NCBI RefSeq assembly: GCF_009834535.1 | Contig: NC_045697.1 | Span: 104,906,001 to 104,970,000, forward strand | Length of the DNA stretch: 64,000 nt | Source of the DNA: Camelus ferus | Lineage: Eukaryota | Reading direction: 5' to 3' | Shown here: positions 24,316-36,144 of the stretch, one piece after another | Layout of the letters: every line of letters begins with the position of its first letter | How positions within the stretch are numbered: the stretch's first letter is position 1 | Notes under the pieces: model-generated | The model's database searches: none | Seen by the model: the letters and a program-made list of their open reading frames with translations, nothing else | What the model was told of the DNA's origin: nothing | Translations under genes and position numbers: made by a program

Positions 24316-25166
24316 CTCCTACAGTCGCTCCACCTATCCCTCCCTCCCTCTTCAAGCAAATCTAAGACAGGTTACTCTCACCCCTTGTGGTATATGACAA
24401 AAAAAATAGGTGATTTCTAACATAACCCCGATGCCACTCAAAGTTTCCTGATTGCCTCAAAAATGTCCTTTTACAATTGGTTTGTTCACATCAGAATCCA
24501 AATAAAATCATGTGCCCAACATATTAAGTTATACTTGACAATGCATTTTCTTGCCTTTGTTTCTTTTCTGTTGGCCCCAGAGATGCTTTGTTTCCAGGGC
24601 CCTGTGGTGATTTGGTTCACTGTGACGTATAATTTTGCTGTGATGCTCATTTGGAGTTTCAGTGCTCCTCACTGGGCAGTGCATATAACAGCTCTTAAAA
24701 CACGTTTTGCCTTACTTTTGAGTGAATGATTTCCATGGTCTTAAAGAATCAGCCAAACGACGATTTCTTTCTGTGTACAAGTCAGCACCGTATTATTTTT
24801 AAAAGGCTAAAACTTTCCAAGAAAAATGTCAAGAATAAGTAAACATAAAAAACATGAGAGGTACAGTGTATCTTTACAAATTACATTGGGATATGTTAGC
24901 ACGGTTAGCTGACTGACTTCGTTAGCACCGGCACCTTACATTTTGTGCACATGGAGAATTGTTTTATGAGATTATTTTCCAGCCATAACTCATGAATACC
25001 AAGCTGCTAAAACAAGTTGGTAAACACTTGCTTTTGTGGACCAGTTATTTTTATAGTCAGAGGAAGGCTGCTAATGTGAGTTAGCAAAGTTTCTAAATGC
25101 GACTATTTGTTGACAGCTTTAAAAAATTTGGTTGGTATTTTGCTAACATGTCCTCTCTTCCAATAG

Positions 25167-25241
25167 GTATAAACGACCAAGGATTGTACAGAGTTGTGGG
25201 GGTGAGTTCAAAGGTCCAGAAGCTTCTGAGCTTGTTGATGG
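25167..25241 (+). CDS. ARHGAP10: ARHGAP10 coding exon (probably exon 14), 75 nt, contains the catalytic arginine finger
   Basis: Branch-point-like CTAAC at 25143-25147, acceptor caatag|GT, donor TGG|gtatgc; encodes (G)INDQGLYRVVGVSSKVQKLLSLLM. The GLYR Arg codon is at 25190-25192. Phase 1 to 1. Confidence 0.96.
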
Positions 25242-28200
25242 GTATGCCTCTTTTCTAATCATTTCCCCTGCGTTATGTGTTTGTGTTCATTGACTTGACA
25301 ACTTCATGTTTCACAGCCATGTGCAGCACACTAGTGAATCCGTTCTTTCCTAGAGTCGTTTTCTCCTGAGCAGGGATGGCGGGCTCAGAGAGGTAGATTA
25401 GTATTTGCTCAGCACAGGTGACCCGCTGCCTCTTTACTTACTGAGAAATAAAGGAAGAAAAGAACGCAGCTCATGGGTGAATGTCTTCCTGTGCTTGCTT
25501 CTCACAGGAAAGGAGCAGCCTGGCCTCTGTGATTTGTGTGGCTTCCAAATTGCCTGTCCGAAGTCTTGACAGTACATTTGGTTGGACAAGCCCCCTGAGA
25601 TGCGCTTTTTTTTATGGTGCTTCCAGAGCGGTCACTCATCAGCAAGGGTCTGATGCTCAGGGATTCATTGGTATTCACAGTGGCTTGTTTGTAGTTTGCA
25701 CCAGGCTCTTCTCCAGAACCACGCCTGCTCCATCTGTGCTGATAACACAGTGTTCTTTGGCATCGCAGACTAGAGGAAGCCAGAAAGTGAATTCATTTCA
25801 TTACCCCAGACATTATGGGAATGACAAAGCGCTTCTACATTACACTCGGCTGTCGGCTCAGGGCCACCTGTAAGATGCCCCGTTTCTCCCCCCAGCCCAA
25901 AGCAGACTGCCTCTTGAGGGGTGATGATAACTCACTGGTGTGAAACTAATCTGTCCTTATGACCTTGCTAACTATTAATTAATTTGATGTCTCACTTTTA
26001 ATTAATCAATATTAACAACCTCCAGGGGGTATTGTCAATGCATCTAAACCTGTCTGCATCCTAAAGCATCGTGGCAAAGACTCATTTTCAGGAAGCATAA
26101 ACCGAGGTGGATAAAATCAGCTGAGATGTTACAGACAACATTGCTTATTTGGCTGTATTTGAATTCAGAATTTAATAAGCAGCACACCCCCCGCCCTTTT
26201 TTTCCTTAGGCATTAACCACAGGAAAAATTGCTTATCATCCCTTAGAGAGAGCCTTATTAGAATACATTTGCTTTTATGAGCTGTTTTCATTTTCTGCCT
26301 CTCTGGTTTAACTTGGGTGTGCAGTTTTGGCAGTCAGATTTTCCTCTTTACCAGGAGTGGTCTCCAAATTAAATAGACTCGGGTTGCCAGTGGTTCAGTA
26401 GCAGCTGTAAGAGTTTAATGGGGCTGTGGCATCTGCTTTTAGTTAATTTTAAAATTAGAAACACGTCTCTTTTCCAAGACAGTGTTATAATGATTAGAAC
26501 TGGAAGACTCTGTTGGTATCAGAAGGGGAGATTTTGGCTGAAAGGCGCACTTGGCGATAGGATTGGTCCTAAGGGTCCTAGCGTTATTTTTACTAGCTTC
26601 TTGTTCACGTTCAAGGCAAGTTCGAACAAGCAAGTGTCTCTTTGGTCACCCTGAGATGTTCAGCTGTCTCAGAATTTGTTCTCAGTCTCATAAAATCCCA
26701 CGCGGTCACCAGCATCCCCAAGGTGGTAGTTTCCTCTGCTCATGGGAAATGTCCCAAGATGGTCCTTAACTTGCAAGGCGTTTAAAATATCTAAACCCTC
26801 AAAACTTCATGACCTAGAAGACTGTGTTTGCTTTCCCTGAGACTCAAGGTAGACCTCCAGGGCACAAGGGTGATACAACCTCATTTAAGCTGCTGGTGGA
26901 GGAGATGCAATGTTTCCAGTAATACCATTCTGCAAACAGAGATTAGAGAATTGACTCAAGGAAAAGATAACTGACTTGTTATCTTCTTAAGTGATTCATT
27001 TAAGAGGGCTGCAAAGCATACATTTGTTTTACTTCATTTATAAATAATTCCTAAGATGAAATTTAGCATTGTCCATCATAAACTGTGGACTTTTTTTTTT
27101 TTTAAGCATTGATGTCATTTTCTTGTTATTTACATTACCAACTCAAACTTTGGATTTTAACAAATTAGATTTGTTTACTATTTCCTAAGACATGTAAGAT
27201 TTCCTTAACATATTTCTTTCCTTTCTTCCTAATTCAGCAAGTGTTCAAATGGAAACAATTTATTCCTCTTCCTAAAAAAAATTTTTTTTTGAGTTTCTGA
27301 ATAGTTGTGTACACACTGCTCCATACATGCTGTTTCTCTCCAGCTTTTCCCAACCTCTCTACATTGCTTCAAGGTTATGTATGTTGGAGAGAAAAAAATT
27401 GGGTGAATCTGCCAGATTTTTAACTTTGTTTTTCATACCAGTCGGTATTTTCCCCTCCTATAGAAAATTAAATCTGATAATTTTGCCCATTCATCGTACT
27501 AGGTGGTTAATTTAAAAAACGTTTATTCCTCCAGGTAATGTTTATCTCAAACTTGAATTTTTTCAAAATCCGTTACGTTTGTAATCCATTTTTATTTGTA
27601 GATATGAAAAATAATCTAACCTTTTAAGTATCTGAGAAAAAGTTCCAGGTAGTTTTGTATTTTTTGACAAGAAATTCTATTTACTTTGCATAGTTCTCTT
27701 TAGTTCTTAAGACCTAATTATTGACTTTACTGTTATTTTTCTGTTATTCTCATTTTACATAAAATGTTTTTGTATTGAAATATTTTCAGCATTCTTAAAT
27801 ACTCATGCATAAAAGTTTGTGATTATTTCTAAAGGAAAGATGCATGCTTAATATCTTGCATGTCTTCTTCACTTGCCTCTTTTTTTGATTGTGTCTTTAC
27901 CCTTCATGTTTAAGATTAAAGTAGAGAAAAATGTTTCTCTCCATTCTTCCTCTTCCCCCTTCCCCTTCCGTCTCCCCTGCCCCCTCTCTCCTCTCCGCCA
28001 TGCATGAAATACTAATGGCAGCTGACTGTAGACATTCCTCCAAAGAGGCACATCGTTTGTACTCCTCCAGGTCAGGTAAAGGAGTGGGCAGCTGCCTTCC
28101 TCCCTGGGCGATGAGAATTGTTTGCCATCTCAGTCATCTTCCATCCTGGGGACAGAAGGTAGCCATCTACTGGATTTTCCAGCAGCCTCCTAGCTTTTCC

Positions 28201-31200
28201 CTGGACCACACTTCTTAAGGTTCCATAAGAATGTGTCCCAGTGGGCAGTTGCCTTCCTTCCCTTTACAGGTGTTCTTCCTTTTCTTCTTTTTTTTTGTCT
28301 AACAGCAGACACATAGTCTAGTAAAAGTTTTTGTGCTTTTTTTTTTTTTTTAATAGAAACTTGCATTTGGGGAAGGCAGGGAGAAATATCAGCTGAGGTG
28401 TCTTTGGGTGAGTCACCGTTTTTTAGTAAGTGGAGTGAGAATGTAACAGATGAATTACAATAGCTATCGGTAGGTTACAACTGAAACGAGTTATAATTGT
28501 CCCGTATTCTCCACTTTGCAATGAAGACGTCAAAGCAGGGAGGCGAAGTTCTGAAAAAATGCTGTGGTAGCTTGTGTGTGCTGATGAATTTACTGTTTAT
28601 TTCTGAATTTAATGTACAAAAACAGCTGGATGATTTTACTTAAGACACAACCATAGAGAGCCAGAAATAAGACTAATTTAGAAGGATTTTACTTGAAAAA
28701 TATCACCTTACTTGTTTGTTTGTAGGACAACTTTTTCACATAGATTTGGTGAAAAAGTAAACTAATGTAGGTGAAAAAAAATTCGGATTTTGGATTGATA
28801 AAGAATATTCTCAGAACTCATTCAGTCACTGTGCTGCTTCAGGTACTTTCAAGTGGGACCCAAGTCAGTGTCCGGTAGGGAGCCAGAGCTTAGGGCTGGG
28901 CTGGAAGTTTCCAGTTTCAAAAAAATGACCACTGGTTTATATGATTAGGAAACATTCACCCAAATAAAAAAGTCACCTATTTGTATCTGTGCTTATTAGT
29001 GTAGGTTTCAGACTAGTCCACGAGGTGGTGTTCCTTGGCCAGAAAGGAGCCAGAATTTCTACCTTATTTATGGTAGAACATATATTCTGATAGAACACTC
29101 TTAAGTGCATTTTTAGGTTTGAATCCCAAGTAAGGTATTAACAAATTTATCTAGTCCCAGGGCATCTTGTAAAGAGCTGCGAGGGGTGATTGAGTGATTT
29201 GAAAACAGTGAAACTTTAACAGCGGATCGGTACCACAGACACTGTGTAGTCTTTGGCTTCTGGTGTGACCGCTACTTTTTATTCCATGAATTCAAAGGAT
29301 GGCTTGTTTTTCCATATGGTTCTCAAAATATAGAATGATCCTTTGGTCAGAAGCAGAAAATAAAAGATTGCTTTTAGAAGCCTCCTGGATTTTAAAATGG
29401 TGATTTGCTGGTAGCCAGTTGATTGAAAATGTTATCTGACTTGTATGAGATTTAAATAATTGATTTAATGAGACAGAGAATATTCAGTTACTGCAGTAAT
29501 TGGTTGGCAAAGCCTCCAGAACAGAATTATTTAGTCCTAGTTATAAAGGATTGCACCTTTAATCAGAGCGCTTAATTTGATTTCTTGAATGTATCTGCAG
29601 CTTGTCTGACAAGCTCAGTAACAAATGAGCTTGGAATTGTAGGAACTGATCAAAATGTAATCAGTGTCAATTGCCATTGTTGTGGTTTATTGCATATTGC
29701 TGTCAGTTGCTGTAATCAAGAACTGTTGAATTGCTTTAAAAAATCTCCAGACTTTTGAGTAATGGACTCCATATGTATGATGTTCTGGCCATGAAATAAC
29801 CATCACTTCCTGTTTCACTTTCCTTTCAAGAAGTTGGGAAATAACATTGCATTGTCACCCATCCTTCCTCGTGCCTAAGCCTAAAACTTTTTGAGTGGCA
29901 TGCATGACTTAACGTGGTGGTCCCATTTGGACAAGATTTTCTTTTTAGAGCTTTAATTTGAAAAGGGAGTACTAACAAGATGTTTCCTTCCGAATATAGA
30001 CAAATACAGTGTAAAAAACCCTGAAACGACTTTAAAAAAATTTTTTTTTTGAATCTTAGTTGAAACATCATTCTGGAGTGAGGGAGAAATAAGTCTCTTC
30101 CACAAATCTCTTATTTTCCCCTTTATGTGACCACAGTGTAGAAACCCAGGCAAGTTTCTATTGATTGGTGGATGTCACTCACCACGACCCATTCACTGCT
30201 CCCTCCCGTTGAGTGGGTACCACCACTGAATGCTTAGATGTTTGGTAACTCAGCTGTGCTGATTACCTACTCATTTAATAGTTTATGGAAATCTGTATAC
30301 ATTCCTGACTGGCTTTGATGCTGTCAGTAGTTCCCTAAGAGCGTTTACATGATCTCCATTGTGCAGATGAAGAGCTGCAGTTCAGATAGGTTTGGAATTG
30401 ACTTGCGTGGGGGTGGCGGGGCTGGTCAGGGTTGTGGCGGGATTTTAGCCCAGGTTTATGAACCTTTGCCGCACTCCCCTCTCTGCTGCCCTGTCACAGC
30501 CCGGGGCAGCGGTCCAACCTCAAGGCTCAGAGATGCCACCATACTCAGAATGCTCACTCTCCCCACCATCCTTTCCTTTTGTTTCAACCGAGACTGACTT
30601 TTTCCTTTTCAGAGTTAACTGCCCCCTCCTCCTCCTCCTTTTTTTTTTTTTTTAGTGCATGTTTTACATCTTCTTTAGAGCAGACTAGGTATTTGAAAAG
30701 GCATTTAGAAGAAATGCGTCATTAATATACTTTCAGGACCAAAAGATCTAGTGTAATTTAGGATGAATGTCACAAGTGCTAAATAGAGGCTTCCAATAAA
30801 TATTTCCTGGATGAGTGTATAAACTAATGTTAGTGTGAAAGATTACCCATAAAAGACTTTTTAAGTTGATCTGTCATCACGTGTCTACTTTGGTTGATCA
30901 TGTATTAATCATTAGAAAGATAATGAGTACAAATCTTGGACGTGTGGGACCAGACTTACCATCGTCTTCCCCACCGACTTGTTGCTATTCTAATAGTAAT
31001 GTTGCCATTAAGGGTGCTACCTGTTCCCCCTGTCATAACACGGTGTGATAGCAGTAATGTCAATGGAAACAAGTTAAAATATATCGATGCTGCAAATGCC
31101 ATATAAGTCACAGCTACGTGAGCCGTGGCTGCTAGTTATCATAGCTGTACCTGCTTTGTAGTTGTGCATATTGGATATGCTGTGTCCATTTCTCCCCAAC

Positions 31201-31448
31201 TCCCTGCCGACTCTTCTCCCTTTACTTTGATCTCCACTACCGATTTTCTGAAGTGCTAGGAATGTCTCATAACGGAACCTGGGTTATAATATTATAAGAA
31301 ATTGTGTGTAATGCCTTTTATAGGAAACCAGAGAATTCATTATTTGTGGCTTGGCCATTTAAAAATGGAAGCTTTGTCAGCCAGTCAAGAAGGCCTTTGA
31401 ATGTTTCAAGATTTTAATTTTTTTTTTTCCTTCTTGCTTGCTCGCTAG

Positions 31449-31536
31449 ATGTGAAGACCTGCAATGAGGTGGACCTGGAGAATTCCGTAGATTGGGAAGT
31501 GAAGACAATCACCAGTGCCCTGAAGCAGTATTTGAG
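31449..31536 (+). CDS. ARHGAP10: ARHGAP10 coding exon (probably exon 15), 88 nt, RhoGAP
   Basis: Poly-T tract plus ctag|AT, donor GAG|gtgagc; encodes (D)VKTCNEVDLENSVDWEVKTITSALKQYL(R); phase 1 to 2. Confidence 0.96.
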
Positions 31537-32279
31537 GTGAGCTCCTCTCAGTGGCGGAGGGAAGAGTGGGCTGTTTGCGTGTCTGACACACAAGCAGTGC
31601 CGGCTCTGCACGTACAGCTCGGAAGCTTACGAGAAAGGAGAATGTTGATGAGGTATCTACTGATGTCCCAGCAAGCGTGGTACATAGTCAGTGAACATCC
31701 GTTGGTCGATAAATTGCAACAGAACAGAACTGGAATAGACTTGGGTTGTGAAATAGAGTCTATGGGGGAATGTGAGTTTTCGGAATTAAATACTCTGAGA
31801 TGGTGAGGAAGGAAGGCTGTTTTAGGCTAAAATAGAGGTGTTTTAGTTTAAATTTAAACTGTTTGAACTTAAAGGCTTATAATGATGACACAAAGACACA
31901 AAGCTATTTGAAAACAAGTGTCCTGGATGAGGTTTTTTTTTGGGAAGATAAACTTTAAAGTTTTACATTTGCTATAGAAGATGTCTAGGACGAGAATTAG
32001 AAAAGGCTCGGCATTTCTCTTTAAAAAAGAAAGAAATTTAATGATGACATAGCTTGAGTTTAGATGAGAAATAGGTACACAGAATAAAGGGATGGGAAAC
32101 AGTCACGATCGTGGTCCTTATGCTGTGGTTCTGTTGGGGACAGTGATTTTTGTCTGGCAAACAAATGGGAGGGCCCTCCCCCCCACCCCGCAGCATCATT
32201 TCTTTTTAACCAACACGCAGGGTTGTCTTTCTGGTGAATATTATTCCGGTTCCAACAAACACATTAGAATCAACTTCTA

Positions 32280-33235
32280 TTACATATTTTATATTTAAAA
32301 ACACACATATTTAAAAAATTTTCAAATATATGTAAACAGAGAGAGGGGTATAATGAATCCTCATGGCCCATTATTTTCCTTCTTCAGTTTTCCACTTTTG
32401 ACCCTTCTTGTTCCATGGGTCTCCTTCCTGCCACTTTTTTGGGATAAGACTTTAAAGATTTTCTGAGACATCATATTGCTGCATTCATAAATTCTTGAAT
32501 GTATATCTCAAAAAAAAATAAGGACTAAAAAAAAAAAAAAGGATGCTATCATGAAGACAGAAAGAATGTAATTACCTTACCTAACAAAATTCATGTGATC
32601 CAGGACTCCTCCTGTGTTCCATTTTTATTGTTTTTTTCAAAATAGTTATTTTATATTTATTTTAAATCCTGGAGGACTTCAACAGTGTGGACACATTTGG
32701 TTGATAGGTTTCAAGTCGTTTTTAATCCGTGTGACCCCCTGCCTCTACCCACATTCCTCACGCCCCTAGCACTTAATTTGATGAACCTGAGTCATTTTTT
32801 AATTTTTAGATTTTTTTCAGGGGAAGGGTTGGAGGTAATTAGGTTTTTTTTCTTTAATTATTTTTTAAATGGAGGTGCTGGGGATTGAACCCAGGGCCTC
32901 ATGTATGCTAAGCATGCGCTCTACCACTTGAGCTGTACCCTCCCTCCACCTCAGTCATTTTTTTAAAACAGAATTTTCTGCATTGTAGAGATGGCTGATG
33001 GTATCCTCGTGGTGTTGCTGACTGGTGTCTCTGTTATCTATCATGTTTCCCTCAATGAAGAGTTAAATCTGTAGGCTTCATTAGATTCAGTTTAGACATT
33101 TATTCGTTGCAAAAATACATCCTAGCCGTGCTTTATACATCTTGTTGTGATATTACATCAAGAGTCCTGTATTGTCTGGTTGTCCCACTTTTTAATGAAA
33201 TTCTAATTTATCGATGACTTCAGCTGTGTATTACC
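32280..33235 (-). mobile_element. Old L1 (L1ME/L1MC-like) 3' relic, interrupted by a SINE
   Basis: aattttcaaatatatgtaaacagagagagggtataatgaatcctcat...; ggcttcattagattcagttt...attgtctggttgtcccactttt. Confidence 0.6.
32801..32947 (-). mobile_element. tRNA-Ala-derived SINE (Vic-1-like)
   Basis: ggaggtgctggggattgaacccagggcctcatgtatgctaagcatgcgctctaccacttgagctgtaccctccc; TSD acctgagtcatttttt (32785-32800) / acctcagtcatttttt (32948-32963). Confidence 0.9.
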
Positions 33236-33269
33236 TATTTTCCAGTATGTTATTTAAACATGATGTTTT

Positions 33270-33457
33270 GAGCCACCGTATCCAGAGGTTGGTCTCACAT
33301 TTGCTGCTTCAGCCAACGGCAGATGATGTAGAATGTTTAGGATCCACATTTGGTTGAATCTGTGGATATGGAGGGCTGACGATAGAACTTGAGCATCCAC
33401 AGATTTTGGTATCAGGTCCTAGAACCAATCTCCTACCTATACTGAGAGATGATGGTA
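33270..33457. mobile_element. TcMar-Tigger family fragment
   Basis: ttggttgaatctgtggatatggagggctgac...acttgagcatccacagattttggtatc...gaaccaatctcc...atactgagagatga; related to the termini of 55460-55779. Confidence 0.65.
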
Positions 33458-33687
33458 CATTATCATTATCCCTGTTCTATAAAGGGGTAAAATTAAGGCT
33501 AAGGCCATGTGCTCATGTCTGTCTTGCCTCTGGTGGTGATGAACTGGTTTAGATGAGGATTTTGGTAATAATCTGTTAGCTCCCACCCTGGGATTGGAAT
33601 GTAAGCTTCCTGAAGATTGACAATTTATGTGGTTTGTTCACTGCGGTATCCCCAGCACCTAGAGCTGCCCCTGTCACTCAAATACGA

Positions 33688-33911
33688 GAGTGGTTCTGAA
33701 CTGGGGACAATTTTGGGCCCCCCACCCCAAATAGGGGCTATTTGGCAATATCTGGAGACAGTTTTGGTTTGCAGGATTGCTGAAGAGGGGATGCTGCTGG
33801 CATCCAATGGGTGGAGGCCAGGATGGGCTGCTGACCATCCCGCAATGCACAAGACGGCCCTCTCTTGTCTCCAAATGTGCAAAGTATTAGTATTGCCAAG
33901 ATTAAGACCTG
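33688..33911 (+). mobile_element. MER20 hAT-Charlie DNA transposon (inserted in an L2 3' end)
   Basis: gtggttctgaactgggg.caattttg...atttggcaatatctggagacagttttgg...ctggcatccaatgggtggaggccagga...aatgcacaagacggcc is the MER20 pattern. Confidence 0.85.
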
Positions 33912-35489
33912 TACTAGATGGATGAAGGAAAGAATGGGTGAATTGCACATGTTAACTTGACCAACAAAGCATGCTGCCTCTCTGGAAGGTAGCTTTAAAC
34001 CCAATTTACTGTTTGGTAAACATGCCTGGTTCAGTTAAACGGACTGACCAAGATGATTTGGTTATTGGTGGGAAATGAAGGGCAAAAATCCAGTTCTTTT
34101 GTAGTAAATTGCATTCCTCCCCCCCTCCTGCTTCCCATGGTTCTTTTCTCCCCTGTTGGGGGAATTAGTTTAATAGACTAGAGAGTCTTTTTATTCAATA
34201 CATACAATTCTTGGTTCTTGACGCTTTCTGAAGTTAGCTCCTTATTGCCCCTGGTCTTGTGTTGTTTTTTTTCTGTCTTTTTCTCTCATCACGTTGCTTC
34301 ATCCTATTGAAGTCCGCTTTTAAGCAGACAGTGCCTACAGAAGCACGTGATGAGATGCTGTTCTTATGTAACTTCTCTCCTGACAGTATACACGTTCTGC
34401 CTGAATGTGATAAAGTGATTATCATAAAACGGCAGGTGCCTCGGGAGACGGGAAAGTTAGGTTGCTGTTTGTTTCCCCTATGTTATTTTTTATCCAGTGA
34501 AAATGCAGTAGTTAGGATGTAACTGATACACTTTTTCTGGGGCATGCACCAAATAGGAGAAAATTGAGTTTTTATGTACCTTCATCATGGCTACCTGGTC
34601 ATGGCCGAGCAAACGTCTTTCTTTGAGCGTGAGAGGTAACAGAGTGTGATGGCCCCGAGGACGTGCCCCGGCGCCAGCCTGCCTGCCTTGGATTCCCAGC
34701 TCTGTCTCTTCCAGCACCACAGCCCGAAGCTGACTGTAGCTGTCCTCAGCAGAGAAACTATTGCCCTTGACTTCTTTTCTCTGCGAATCCTGGATGGGAG
34801 GTTGGAGGTGGAAGACGAGGAAGAGGCCTCCTCCCCACCCCCACCAAACACTAAACTAAAACAAGAAGCAAAACCTCAGGGGTCTGGGAGATGGAAAAAT
34901 ATGTGCAGTAGATGTATGTGTGGCATCTCTCTTTTTCTTCTACTGATTTGAGACTTTTTTTTTTTAAACTAGTTCTGCTTTAGACGGCTGACTACCAGCC
35001 CTATGGTTGATTTCCTAGCTATTCAGACCATAATTTTATTTTCCAGTAATGTGTTCATTTCAATGTTTTGCCATTGTGAGGGGACAAATGAGCTATTTTG
35101 TGAGGTTTGTAGTAAAATGATTTTACCTGGAAGAAATGTTTAAAGACTGGAAATAGGAATGAGACTTCTGGGGGAAGAAAATACTGACTTAGTAAATATT
35201 ACACTTTATATCCCCAGACAGATCCTGACTAGTGGTCCAGAGAGGCAGCTCATGTTGGGTGGGAAGTTGACAGATATGGTGACTCAATATAATAAATTTT
35301 ATTCGGGGAACTCATCATTTTTATTATTGCTTCCCTAATATTAAAAGTACTGAATACTTACTTTTTCATGCTGCATTGCCTGGATGGACATACAGCAATG
35401 GTATAAGTAGCATGTAGAAGACACTTATATACAAATTTATTTTTATTGGAAAAGAAAATTCTCTCTATGGGGTTTCTGGTTGTTCTCAT

Positions 35490-35504
35490 CCCCCCCCCCC
35501 CCCC
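35490..35504. repeat. C15 homopolymer
   Basis: Directly visible run of 15 C. Confidence 0.9.
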
Positions 35505-35780
35505 GTTCCTCCCCTTTCTTTTCAGAACTTGAACTTTCGTTCTCTGACAGGTTAGCATTTTCATCTTTATTGCTCCTTCCTGCTTGTCCATATTTTGAAA
35601 CAAAACCAGAGGCTTGCTTCTGATTGCCCCTTCTTTTTCTTTATTTAGGCTGTGGTGAAATTCATTTTATTTTGCTTTAAATGAGACTGTAGGGGATGAA
35701 GAAGGGAGAGAAAGGAAGTAAGAGAACAGTTTGTCTTGACTAGTGCTTTAAGTTTTAGTTTCAGGGCCTACAGTTGTTAT

Positions 35781-35801
35781 TGTGTGTGTGTGTGTGTGTG
35801 T
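35781..35801. repeat. (TG)10 microsatellite
   Basis: Directly visible. Confidence 0.95.
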
Positions 35802-35829
35802 CCTGCAGCATCATAGATTGTATGTAAGA

Positions 35830-36101
35830 TAAATGACAGCCACTAGGGGATGGTGGAGGAATAAGATTGATGGTGTTTAAGGGTACAAACGTGTAATGAG
35901 TAGTAAATAGACCACAGAGATCGAATGCACAGCATAATGAATGTAGACAATAGTAGTGTACTATAATTATATATATACATTTGTGATGAATATTGCTACA
36001 TCTGTGGTCATATCTGCCACAATATATAAATGTATTAAAATAACACGCTGTACACCTTCAACTTACACAATGTTCCAAGTGAAATTTATTCAATTAAAAA
36101 A
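35830..36101 (+). mobile_element. L1 3' UTR end (L1MA-like)
   Basis: aagggtacaaacg...aacacgctgtacaccttcaacttacacaatgtt...tttattcaattaaaaa. Confidence 0.75.
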
Positions 36102-36144
36102 CTATATGTGGGGACTGTAGATATATTTTTGCAACTATTTTGTT

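Noticed and set aside
34646..34951. 101-aa ORF with an EDEEE/PPPP stretch as a hidden exon or retrocopy
   Set aside because: No recognisable homology, no poly-A/TSD signature, and the flanking ARHGAP10 exons already join in frame without it.
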